This document shows, piece by piece, positions 34,851 through 43,319 of a stretch of 44,946 nt of DNA. Origin of the DNA: a virus (lineage: Duplodnaviria; Caudoviricetes). The stretch spans positions 1-44,946 of the IMG/VR virus record IMGVR_UViG_3300037126_000087; one strand, 5' to 3'. The notes under the pieces are model-generated. The model was not told the DNA's origin. It saw only the letters and a list, made by a program, of their open reading frames with translations, and did no database searches. A program made the translations under genes and the position numbers. Positions within the stretch are counted from its first letter, which is position 1. Every line of letters begins with the position of its first letter.

Positions 34851-35396
34851 TCAGGGTCTCCTCCACTCAGCTGAGAAGTTGGCATGTACCATGGTGAGGT
34901 TCACTGCACCGGATAGACTACGAGCGAATAGTTCCAGAGCATCTCCGGCATTTACCCGGATTGGCCCACCAAGACAGCATGAACCTCGGTCCCCGGTCCC
35001 CCCAGACGAGACGAAGTGACTACCGGTGAGCCCTACATCTTGAGCTTGCCCATCACTACGAAATACCCCAAGGTCTACTGTCCTCAAAGAAGCACTCAGA
35101 GCTATAGAGGTGAAGACGTTGATGAAGTACACACCAGGCTTTTTGATGACCAGCCGGTTGCCAGCCACATCTGGGGTGACCCCATCGCTGTCACTAGCCT
35201 CCTCGAATGTGTTGACCTTGACCCAACTAGAGCTCAGAGCGATGGCTGTGGAGCTGTCGTAGACCCAGATCCCTCCTCCGGGGGCGGACTGATTGATCTC
35301 AGTAGTGAAGCGCTCCAAGTTCTCCTGCAGGACGCGGAGTTGCTCCTCTACGGAATCCCCAGAGGCTCGTTGGAATCTGGCAACAATAGTGGACAC
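34851..35396 (-). CDS. Tail needle/knob-like protein with C1q/TNF-like domain
   Basis: N-terminal coiled coil, then RLVIKKPGVYFI...VNAGDALELF. Confidence 0.55.
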   Translation of the reverse strand: MSTIVARFQRASGDSVEEQLRVLQENLERFTTEINQSAPGGGIWVYDSSTAIALSSSWVKVNTFEEASDSDGVTPDVAGNRLVIKKPGVYFINVFTSIALSASLRTVDLGVFRSDGQAQDVGLTGSHFVSSGGTGDRGSCCLGGPIRVNAGDALELFARSLSGAVNLTMVHANFSAEWRRP

Positions 35397-35397
35397 A

Positions 35398-35829
35398 TCA
35401 GTAACCGATGTACCAACGCATGATCGTGGTGGTCGCCGTGTTGGCCGTGTGGGTGAGTGCCGTGGCTTTAGTCACGTCCGGCAACACAACGGTCTTCCCC
35501 GGGTATACCCGGACTATGTTATCGTTGGCCCCATTCGCGGCTGAGCGAAAGGTGGTGTCCACGTAATTGGCGTTCTCGATTGGATTGTGGATGATCACAG
35601 CATCCAATGCCGTCAACCCACTCAGATCATCACTGAGCCCCCCGGTGGTAGCTGCCAAATCCGATTCCACCATCCTCGTGCGCGCCCCCGCGGCGAGCTT
35701 GTAATCCAGCAACCAATCCGGCAGGTCCCACTTGAGGGGATATGCCCCGGCGTCCTTCGAGTCCTCGACAGTCGGGTCAAACTCCAGCTGTACTCTGACA
35801 GCAACCTGTTTTCCTTCCATGCTCGGCAT
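35398..35829 (-). CDS. Putative virion structural protein (start may be 35820)
   Basis: Beta-rich, T/A/D-rich; located in the tail module. Confidence 0.6.
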   Translation of the reverse strand: MPSMEGKQVAVRVQLEFDPTVEDSKDAGAYPLKWDLPDWLLDYKLAAGARTRMVESDLAATTGGLSDDLSGLTALDAVIIHNPIENANYVDTTFRSAANGANDNIVRVYPGKTVVLPDVTKATALTHTANTATTTIMRWYIGY

Positions 35830-35838
35830 GATGTCTCC

Positions 35839-36543
35839 TTAGAAGCCCCAGGGCTCGATCTGTGAAAAGTGGATGTTCTCCCCCAGTATCCTATAACGAA
35901 AAGTGCCTTGCACGCGATCTGAATCCAGACCGGCATAGTTCCAACGGTTGGAGTAGTCCGCGACCGAGTTCCCTTCGTACGTACGCTGCTCGGCTAGGTC
36001 CCTGATGCGTTGGGCCTCTTGAGCCTTCTGTGCCATCACGAGTTGTGCAGCCTCGAATGACTCCTCGCGCTGTAGCAAATGAGCCGCGGTGTGCAAGACA
36101 ATGAGGCGCTCCCACCCTATGGGCAGCGAGGGAATCTTGTCCGAGACCTTATCGGTGGTCGCGTTCGTAAATAGCGATAGCTCCGGGACGTAGAACAGCT
36201 TCACAGTCCCGGAGTCTATCGGGTTGACCTTGTAGCCATCCAACTCAGACAGCTCGAAATGATCCATCAGGTACCGTCGTTCGCTGCGATGTAGGAACAC
36301 CTGAATGGCCTTCTGGAAATCTGTTGGTAACGAGTAGGACTCGGTTCCTGACACGATACTGATCTCCGAGCTCTCTTTGGTCACATAGTCTTCGTGACTC
36401 TCCACGAGGATCTCGTAAAGCTCACTGAGTCCTTCGTTTTGGACATCGAGTTGCCTAGCGGTGTCTGGAAATCCAGAGCCCGTCATGTCAGCGCGGTCTA
36501 GCGAGCGGGCCCACATAGCATATGTGGTAACATCATTCGGCAT
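35839..36543 (-). CDS. Head-tail adaptor protein
   Basis: RADM...NEGLSELY, YSLPTDF, YVP; typical position after capsid genes. Confidence 0.75.
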   Translation of the reverse strand: MPNDVTTYAMWARSLDRADMTGSGFPDTARQLDVQNEGLSELYEILVESHEDYVTKESSEISIVSGTESYSLPTDFQKAIQVFLHRSERRYLMDHFELSELDGYKVNPIDSGTVKLFYVPELSLFTNATTDKVSDKIPSLPIGWERLIVLHTAAHLLQREESFEAAQLVMAQKAQEAQRIRDLAEQRTYEGNSVADYSNRWNYAGLDSDRVQGTFRYRILGENIHFSQIEPWGF

Positions 36544-36558
36544 GACTGGCCCCTCAGG

Positions 36559-36684
36559 TTATTTGCGCATGGACTTGCGGGACCGCATGATGGTCCGCAA
36601 GATCGCCGGGCTCCTGGGCTTCTTCGGCTTCTTCTTGGCTGGCTTGGCTCGCAGCTGCTTCACGTTCCTGACGATCTTAGGCAT
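36559..36684 (-). CDS. Very basic 41-aa peptide (not in ORF track)
   Basis: AAGGAG SD; MPKIVRNVKQLRAKPAKKKPKKPRSPAILRTIMRSRKSMRK; no acidic residue. Confidence 0.65.
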   Translation of the reverse strand: MPKIVRNVKQLRAKPAKKKPKKPRSPAILRTIMRSRKSMRK

Positions 36685-36695
36685 GTTCACTCTCC

Positions 36696-37637
36696 TTACT
36701 TCTCGTTCTTGATTCTGGTGTTCTTGAAGACGGCGAGGAAGTTGACGACGTTGTCTGCATCAGCAGCCAAGTCAGTCGCCGAGAAGACCTGACCGGTAGT
36801 TGTTGGGGCCTCCCTGATGTATTTCAGCCAAGCCCCCAGAAGAATCACGTCGTCGGTTCCCAAAGTGCCATCTTTCGGTTGAATGGTTAGCGTCGTTGCC
36901 GAGGGTACGGCGGCCGGCAAGTCGGCAGCTGACAGGGTCAGGAGCAGTTCCTGGACCGTCTTAGCAGTCGCATCGCCAACCATAGCTGAGGACTCCCCAC
37001 CGTAGTCGGCATCGCCATCATACAGCGCGCCGTTCACGGTGTTGAATGCTTCCACGACCCAAACGACGGCATCGCCTACTGTGGCTCCCGTCTTGGCAGC
37101 CAGGAGATACAACACGACGTCAAACGCCACATCCACGTCGTGTGGCCACACGATCTGAGTGCTCACAGGGTCCGGATTGGCGTGTGCCCCCCAGCGTATC
37201 CCGCCGGACTCATCGCCGGCTGACCATCCCGGGGTCGGTCCGGCCGAGAAGTCCGCCAGAGCTGTACCATCTTGCTCCTGGAAAGCCCCGAGAGGTAGAG
37301 GGATAACACCAGCCGACGGAGTCACCGCAGCAGTAGCTGCCTGCAGAACTTGGATTTGGGCCGTCTTGTTGGCCACGCTGACATCACCCGCCTGCACGAT
37401 GGTCGGGGTCTTGGCAGCTTCTCGCAGGCTGCAGAAGAAGCTGTCTAGCTGGTAACCGAAGTCGTCGAAGGTGACCGTGTAGAGTCCAGCACTCGTGCGC
37501 GCTACGCTCCATCCAGTACCTTTTTGAGACCCACTGACGACTCCGGTGGCGCCATTGGGTCGAAAGCTTCCCTCGACGACGACTCGGTCGCGGCCGATCG
37601 AGCCGAAGCCTCGGTGAACATTCCTCATGATGCCCAT
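36696..37637 (-). CDS. Capsid decoration / minor head protein (313 aa)
   Basis: Directly after major capsid gene; SVARTSAGLYTVTF motif; beta-rich. Confidence 0.6.
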   Translation of the reverse strand: MGIMRNVHRGFGSIGRDRVVVEGSFRPNGATGVVSGSQKGTGWSVARTSAGLYTVTFDDFGYQLDSFFCSLREAAKTPTIVQAGDVSVANKTAQIQVLQAATAAVTPSAGVIPLPLGAFQEQDGTALADFSAGPTPGWSAGDESGGIRWGAHANPDPVSTQIVWPHDVDVAFDVVLYLLAAKTGATVGDAVVWVVEAFNTVNGALYDGDADYGGESSAMVGDATAKTVQELLLTLSAADLPAAVPSATTLTIQPKDGTLGTDDVILLGAWLKYIREAPTTTGQVFSATDLAADADNVVNFLAVFKNTRIKNEK

Positions 37638-37652
37638 TGCCTCTTTCCCTTC

Positions 37653-37691
37653 AAAAGTGGAAGGGGAGCAGAGTTCACCCGCTCCCTTTCC
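37653..37691 (-). terminator. Terminator-like hairpin after major capsid gene
   Basis: GGAAAGGGAGC/GCTCCCCTTCC stem (one mismatch) followed by ACTTTT. Confidence 0.6.
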
Positions 37692-37700
37692 TGGTTATGC

Positions 37701-38996
37701 TCAGCTCGGGCTCGACAGGCCAATCCTGACATTCCCGATTGGGCAGTTGTTCCCGACGTTGCCGTACATGTAGGCACGCATCTCGTAGCCATCGGCCTGC
37801 GCACGGCGAAGGATCCACACACCATCCAGATCGACCCAGTTCACCGCCGGCCCGATGGTGTTCAGGGTCCAGCCATCCATCGACAGCATGTAGGCCGTCT
37901 TCGCTGGGCACTTGTTGGCGGCCACCACCTTGATCGGGCCCCCGTCTCCTTCGATGATCACGGCGCGGTAGCCAACAGTGGCCTCGCCGGAACCATCTCG
38001 TCCCATGACCTGGGAATACTCTTTCTTGGCTCCGAGCTCCAGGATCAACTGGCGATACTGGGCATGATGCATGAAGCAATTTTCCGGAGACTCTTCCTCG
38101 CGGGCCGCCTTGGACTGCGCCTCGATGAGGTTCTGCTCCAGAGGACCACTGGTGCCGTCGTGATACTGGCCGTAGAGACGCGAGTCGACACTGCGGGTGA
38201 CGCCGAAGTAGGAACCAGACGGCGTGGCCGTGGGCAACCAAGCGTTGAGTCCAGCCAAGCACCCGAGCGTGGTGTCTGTGTTCTCGCGGTCACCATCGAT
38301 GAGCACATAGTCCTCATCCACGTAGCCACAGTCGGTGTTGAGGTCAGTGGCCGCACTCGTGGTGCACACACCGACACTACGATCAACCGCTGTGATGGTC
38401 ACTGTATCGGACGCGTGTCGCAGGTTCGTGGTGACCGTCTGGTCGGCTGTGGCTGCGATCTCCATGCCTACTTCAAAGCAGGTGATTTCCTCCGGCTCGG
38501 CGAGCCCGAACTTGCTGGTGGTCTGACCGACAGTGTGAGTGCCGATCGTGCCAGCCGCTGACGTCTGGGCGACCGTTCCGTCTCCACCCCTGAAGAGCTT
38601 GGTCTCGATCGAGTTGGACAGCGACGTCAGAGTACCATCGGCTTTGCCCTTCAGAGCTCGCAGGAATGCCATATCGTCCGAGGCAGTTGCCGCGATTGCT
38701 TCGCCGTCGATGTACGAGACGCAGTAATCCCGCACGCGCGTGAGGACAAAGTCCTCCAGCTTGAGCTCGCTGGCGTTCGCCATGGCTTTGGCGAGCGACC
38801 GAGAGCGTCCTTGTGGATTGCCGAACTTGATCGGGATCGGCATGTCGCGCCCACCGAAGCCCTCGAACTTGTTCATGGCCCCGTAGAGGGGCCGTTTCCT
38901 GTACTGGATCTCTTGGAAGTTCCGGCCACGATAGATCTGTTTGAGCGCCGGATCGAAATTGGTGATGCTGGTCGAAACAGCAGCAGTCTTGGACAT
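37701..38996 (-). CDS. Major capsid protein (HK97 fold, with insertion domain)
   Basis: 431 aa after scaffold; LKQIY, LFRGGDG, GLNAW, YFGVTRS; downstream terminator. Confidence 0.88.
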   Translation of the reverse strand: MSKTAAVSTSITNFDPALKQIYRGRNFQEIQYRKRPLYGAMNKFEGFGGRDMPIPIKFGNPQGRSRSLAKAMANASELKLEDFVLTRVRDYCVSYIDGEAIAATASDDMAFLRALKGKADGTLTSLSNSIETKLFRGGDGTVAQTSAAGTIGTHTVGQTTSKFGLAEPEEITCFEVGMEIAATADQTVTTNLRHASDTVTITAVDRSVGVCTTSAATDLNTDCGYVDEDYVLIDGDRENTDTTLGCLAGLNAWLPTATPSGSYFGVTRSVDSRLYGQYHDGTSGPLEQNLIEAQSKAAREEESPENCFMHHAQYRQLILELGAKKEYSQVMGRDGSGEATVGYRAVIIEGDGGPIKVVAANKCPAKTAYMLSMDGWTLNTIGPAVNWVDLDGVWILRRAQADGYEMRAYMYGNVGNNCPIGNVRIGLSSPS

Positions 38997-39024
38997 TGCT
39001 AGCCTCCGTTAGGAGGCCGGTAGT

Positions 39025-39999
39025 TTATCTCCTGATAGCCTTCAATGCCTGTTCCAGGACTTCGTTCTCAGTGAGCCTTCGTTCTGGTTCTGGCTTGTTT
39101 GGCTTCGACGTGATACCGGCCTCAGTCCCAAGTGTTTCTGGTGTCTTGTTAGCCGGTTCACTTCCGGATTCTCCATCTGACTGTTGCTCTGTCTCTGCCT
39201 TAGGCTGGTCACTGCCCAACCCCAGCGCGGATTTTACTACATCCAGGTCCATGAGCTTCTTCAAGTCGCCGCGCTTTCTCTCTTGCAGTATAGCAATCAC
39301 GGTTTCTGGCGGCAACACTTCCCCTTTTTCCTGCGACAGGCGGATGGCCTCCTGGTAGACCTCGTCCTTGGCGTTTGGGAAGGAAGCCATGAGCTTGTAC
39401 TCATCTTTGGCGAGTGCTCCATCGATGAGCTGTAGATATTGCCATTCGTAACTCTGTTGGTTGGCTGTTTGACTGTGCTTGTCCAAAGCCTCGGCGACGA
39501 TGGCGGCTACATCTTCCCTAGTCAAGTTCCCACTCTGGGTTGGCTTCTCTTGAGGCATCTGTGTCGTACCTGTCATCACGCGCTCTGCCAGGTTCTGGAA
39601 GGTGATTCCAGCTTCCTGCAGAATTCCCAGCGGGTCCTTCCTGAGCCCGGTCAAGAAGTCAGCCTTTTGCTGCTCGACATTCCCGGCCTGGATTTGCTCG
39701 ATGTGTTTCTGTAGAGCTGCCTCTCGACTTTTCAACTCCCGCTCGCGCTTCTCAGCGCGCGACATCCTGTCCTCGATAGCTGCCCATGCCTGAGACACAG
39801 ACTTGGGCATCTCCGGAGTCGCATCCGGCTCTGGGGCTTCCGGGGCATCATCCGCTGGCACTGGAGTCGTGCTTGCCTCACCTTCATCAGCTCCAGCTTC
39901 TGGTCCTGGCTCCTGCTCGGCCACAGGTGCCTCTTCAGACACTGGTTCACTCGCGTGCTGCACGCTCTTCAAGGCTTCCATTAGAACTTCGTCACCCAT
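39025..39999 (-). CDS. Scaffolding protein
   Basis: Acidic Pro/Glu-rich N-terminus, coiled coils, TL...T and C-terminal amphipathic helix; between portal and capsid. Confidence 0.8.
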   Translation of the reverse strand: MGDEVLMEALKSVQHASEPVSEEAPVAEQEPGPEAGADEGEASTTPVPADDAPEAPEPDATPEMPKSVSQAWAAIEDRMSRAEKRERELKSREAALQKHIEQIQAGNVEQQKADFLTGLRKDPLGILQEAGITFQNLAERVMTGTTQMPQEKPTQSGNLTREDVAAIVAEALDKHSQTANQQSYEWQYLQLIDGALAKDEYKLMASFPNAKDEVYQEAIRLSQEKGEVLPPETVIAILQERKRGDLKKLMDLDVVKSALGLGSDQPKAETEQQSDGESGSEPANKTPETLGTEAGITSKPNKPEPERRLTENEVLEQALKAIRR

Positions 40000-40007
40000 T
40001 ACTCACC

Positions 40008-41831
40008 TCATAGGTTCGGAGGACCGGCAGGGGCAGCACCGACTGGTTGTGCACCCATGGTTGGTCCTGGTTGTTGCATCGCCATCTGTTGCATCTGAGC
40101 CTGCTGCATTGCGGCCTGCTCTACCTGCACGATCTTGTCCTGCGTTTGCGCGATAAAGCTGCGCACCAGGTCTAAGCGCTCCTCGGGCACATCGTCGATC
40201 TGGGCTTGTGCCAAATGCTTGCTTGCCCAATCCAGGGTCAACTGGAAATTCATGTGGGGCTCCGGGGATTCCGGCTGTCCCCGCTCGAGCATGTTCTCGA
40301 TCTTCTTCTCGATGAGCTCCAGAGGAGCAGTCGCTAGTCGAGCTAGATGATCAACATCTGGGGTCCCACGCAACAGACCAATCAAATGCGGGCCCAATGC
40401 CGGGTACACATTCGCAAGCTTGAGCATCGCATCGATACGGCCGGCCGGCTCTTCTGGCAGCAAGTTGGCAGGGAACACTTGGGTCGTATACGAGTCCCTA
40501 GGCATGTAGATGTCGTTAAAATCGATCTCCGAGGCTCCGTCCGTGTCAGCCGAGAGCATCCGCACTTTATAGCCCGCTTTAGCAGCTCGAGCCCCGGCGT
40601 CTATCAAGCGCTCGCCGGCATCCACTTGCGCTTGGGCCCAGCGCTGTGCGGTGTGCTTGTGTCTCTGCGTGCCGATGTCATGATAGATCTGGAGAGCTTC
40701 CCCGGAGTCGAGCCCCGCTGGCTTGACCCCTTGCGACGCCAACTGTGAAACCCCCACGATCTCGAATGCGCGGGCGTACAACCGATCCAGATGATGGAAA
40801 TATTCAGCGGAGACTGACGCAGTCGTTTGGAAAATCGGCGGTCGGTTGCCTTTGTACTCTCGCACGGCCATGTCACGATTGTTGATGTTGGCAACTCCAC
40901 TGCCCTTCTGGAGCCACACCATCGAAGTGGCCAAGGTCATGAGCTTCTGTATTTTCTGGGCGATGTAATTGATCTCGACCTGGATGGGCGACAGCTCCTC
41001 GACCAGCCCCATTCCCAGGTAACCAAACAAGGGCCATTGGGCATCCCACTTCACCAGTGGGAATGGGTCGCGCCACTCTCCATCTGCCAGCGTCGCTTGA
41101 TCGACTGCGATGGTGAATCTCCCAGGAGTGGTCTTGGACTCTGGCAGTCTGTAGGCCATGATCACCGTTACTGGATCTGTGTTCCCTACGTGATCGATGA
41201 AGCTGCGTGCCAGACGCTCGGAGTTCTTAATCTCCTCGCGCTTCTTTGGATACTTGTCAGCCAACCAATCCCGGTCCACGTCCCTGGTGATGTACAACAT
41301 CCTGGGCTTGCCATATTTGCACTCGGCATCGTCGAATATGACATCCGTCGTGGGCACACGTTCCATGAACAGTTGTCCACGGACGTGGTCGATGCGCTCG
41401 AATCCAGAGCCGAAGATGCTTCCGTCTAGATACATCTGCAAGGACGTCTGATAGTGCTGTAGCGCTAGGAAAGCTCCGAGGATAAACTGATCGGTCTTTC
41501 GCATTTTGGAGCGCGCTTCCAAGTCTCCACGCTTGGTCGCGTGCAATGGACGCGATCGTTCCGCGGCGATGGTGGCAACTGCAGTGTCAATAGCCGACTT
41601 GGTCACATTCAGCCGGATGCGCTCTCCGCCATCCATAGCACTCGAGTATGAACGTCCAGTGGCGGCCGCCGCTGCCCTGTTACTGTACATACGTAAAAAA
41701 TGAACAAAGGCGTCGTCATAGTATCCTTGTTCATTCACGAGCCACTGCACGAGTGCAAATAGCTCCGAGTGTGGATCTTTGAGCTTCCTGTCCCACCAAG
41801 GCTCGATTTGGCTTCTCGTCCTGATGATCAT
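40008..41831 (-). CDS. Portal protein (607 aa)
   Basis: Size and position; LNVTKS.IDT, DGSIFGSG, GLVEEL..IQ.EIN, SG.AL; Q-rich C-terminus. Confidence 0.88.
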   Translation of the reverse strand: MIIRTRSQIEPWWDRKLKDPHSELFALVQWLVNEQGYYDDAFVHFLRMYSNRAAAAATGRSYSSAMDGGERIRLNVTKSAIDTAVATIAAERSRPLHATKRGDLEARSKMRKTDQFILGAFLALQHYQTSLQMYLDGSIFGSGFERIDHVRGQLFMERVPTTDVIFDDAECKYGKPRMLYITRDVDRDWLADKYPKKREEIKNSERLARSFIDHVGNTDPVTVIMAYRLPESKTTPGRFTIAVDQATLADGEWRDPFPLVKWDAQWPLFGYLGMGLVEELSPIQVEINYIAQKIQKLMTLATSMVWLQKGSGVANINNRDMAVREYKGNRPPIFQTTASVSAEYFHHLDRLYARAFEIVGVSQLASQGVKPAGLDSGEALQIYHDIGTQRHKHTAQRWAQAQVDAGERLIDAGARAAKAGYKVRMLSADTDGASEIDFNDIYMPRDSYTTQVFPANLLPEEPAGRIDAMLKLANVYPALGPHLIGLLRGTPDVDHLARLATAPLELIEKKIENMLERGQPESPEPHMNFQLTLDWASKHLAQAQIDDVPEERLDLVRSFIAQTQDKIVQVEQAAMQQAQMQQMAMQQPGPTMGAQPVGAAPAGPPNL

Positions 41832-42046
41832 TGTGCATGCCCATACTGGAGCCGCTCACGTCGCTCTTCAGGTGTTAACTCTTCGTACTCCCTGTCCCAC
41901 TTCGAGATCGTGGCCTGCAACTGAGCCATCACCTCAGCATCCGGCGATTGCTCCATGAACTCTACCTCTCGCACTTGTCCTCTCTCATCGAGGATAGCGC
42001 GCCGCACGCCGAGCTCCTTGAGCTTCTTGAGATCAGAGACCCGCAT
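41828..42046 (-). CDS. Hypothetical protein (72 aa)
   Basis: GAGG SD; coupled to portal start. Confidence 0.7.
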   Translation of the reverse strand: MRVSDLKKLKELGVRRAILDERGQVREVEFMEQSPDAEVMAQLQATISKWDREYEELTPEERRERLQYGHAQ

Positions 42047-42677
42047 CTAACATCCTCGCTTCTGAGAGTTTCAAACGATACTCACGATATTGGCTCTTCT
42101 CCATTCCCAATTCCGGAACGTCGACCCCTGCCTCCCTGAGCTTCTCAGTAAGGCGGCGTGGCCAACTGAATGGATCTACCCACAGTTGCAATCCCCGCTC
42201 GTGCTTGCGCAGTTCCTTATTCCTTGGTGGATTCCCGAGGTGGAGTTCGTACTTGTGGACGTTGTCCACTGGGAATCGCAGATGTCGCACTTCGAGGTCG
42301 ACAGGCTTCTTCCTGGAAGCTGAGAGATTTGCACGCTCGATGAGAGCGAAGATCGCGCGCAAGCGTACTGCGTCCACACGCCACTGGTTGAGGGGAACTA
42401 CTGGATCGGTTAGTGGTGCATCCGCGAGCTCGATGAGGGCCTGCAAGGCATACGTATTTGGCTGCTCTGCCGCTTCTGCCTCCGCGAGCTCGTCACGTAT
42501 GGTCTCGACCACGTGTGGGGGGTCCACTTCGTGGATCTTGGAGCCATCAGCAGCCTCCTCCGTCACCCAGTGGCTGGGCAACTTTCGGAGGTCTTCGCGA
42601 AGCAACTTGGGCTGAGCCTTGCCCTCTTCCCAGGTGCCGTCTTCATGAAGGACCCAACGCTTGCCCTTGGAGCTCAT
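42033..42677 (-). CDS. Hypothetical protein (214 aa)
   Basis: GAGG SD; ATGA coupling; between terL and portal. Confidence 0.75.
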   Translation of the reverse strand: MSSKGKRWVLHEDGTWEEGKAQPKLLREDLRKLPSHWVTEEAADGSKIHEVDPPHVVETIRDELAEAEAAEQPNTYALQALIELADAPLTDPVVPLNQWRVDAVRLRAIFALIERANLSASRKKPVDLEVRHLRFPVDNVHKYELHLGNPPRNKELRKHERGLQLWVDPFSWPRRLTEKLREAGVDVPELGMEKSQYREYRLKLSEARMLDAGL

Positions 42678-42850
42678 CTCGCTTTCCTCTTCTTCCGGCG
42701 ATACCCGCCCTTTGGCCCCAAGCGTCCGGCGCGACTCATGTTGAGAGCTGTCGCTACGGCCCGTTTCTGCGGCATGCCCTCTTTCATCACGAGCTTGCTG
42801 ATTTTGGCACTGATTGCTTTGCTTCTACTTCGTCCTTTCATCTTCGACAT
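42674..42850 (-). CDS. Small basic protein (58 aa, not in ORF track)
   Basis: AGGAGG SD; MSKMKGRSRSKAISAKISKLVMKEGMPQKRAVATALNMSRAG..., like the small podophage IS.NI...G.PQKQAVAIAL proteins. Confidence 0.7.
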   Translation of the reverse strand: MSKMKGRSRSKAISAKISKLVMKEGMPQKRAVATALNMSRAGRLGPKGGYRRKKRKAR

Positions 42851-43017
42851 GACTCTTCCCTCCTACCATCCTTTACGCGCTTCCCACAACTCGCGCAGAT
42901 CAGGTAACAAGTCGATGGATCCCAGATCACCGTCAAGTGAGGACAATCCCTGTGCGCAAAGACACGGTCAAACCCCTGACGATACTGATCGGTGGCTGCC
43001 TTGGACTGAATTTTCAT
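42838..43017 (-). CDS. Small zinc-ribbon protein (59 aa, not in ORF track)
   Basis: AAGGAG SD; MKIQSKAATDQYRQGFDRVF..DCPH...CASCG. Confidence 0.6.
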   Translation of the reverse strand: MKIQSKAATDQYRQGFDRVFAHRDCPHLTVIWDPSTCYLICASCGKRVKDGRREESCRR

Positions 43018-43319
43018 TTTAGGACTCCTTCCTTCATTAATCCTTCATGGAGATCCTTCGCGACTTCCATGAGACGCTCGCGGATGGTCGCCAATGTATC
43101 TCCTGGAGCGATCTCGATCCCTATCCTGACCTCATACGAGTCTGCCAAATGCTGCTTTATGGCAATCTCCCCGTCATATTCGTAGATCCCAAACTCATGT
43201 ACCGGTCCACCGGGCCGTGCACAGCAACCGATATAGTCCGGGAGACAGTCGCAAGCACTTTTCACACCCTTGATCACCTTCAAAGCTCCTCTTCTGGTAC
43301 GACGCCATGTGCCCACCAC
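43014..43319 (-). CDS. Hypothetical protein (start uncertain)
   Basis: Follows terL; coupled to the next gene. Confidence 0.55.
   Translation of the reverse strand: MVGTWRRTRRGALKVIKGVKSACDCLPDYIGCCARPGGPVHEFGIYEYDGEIAIKQHLADSYEVRIGIEIAPGDTLATIRERLMEVAKDLHEGLMKEGVLK

Noticed and set aside
37524-38561. 345-aa + strand ORF
   Set aside because: Antisense shadow of the major capsid gene
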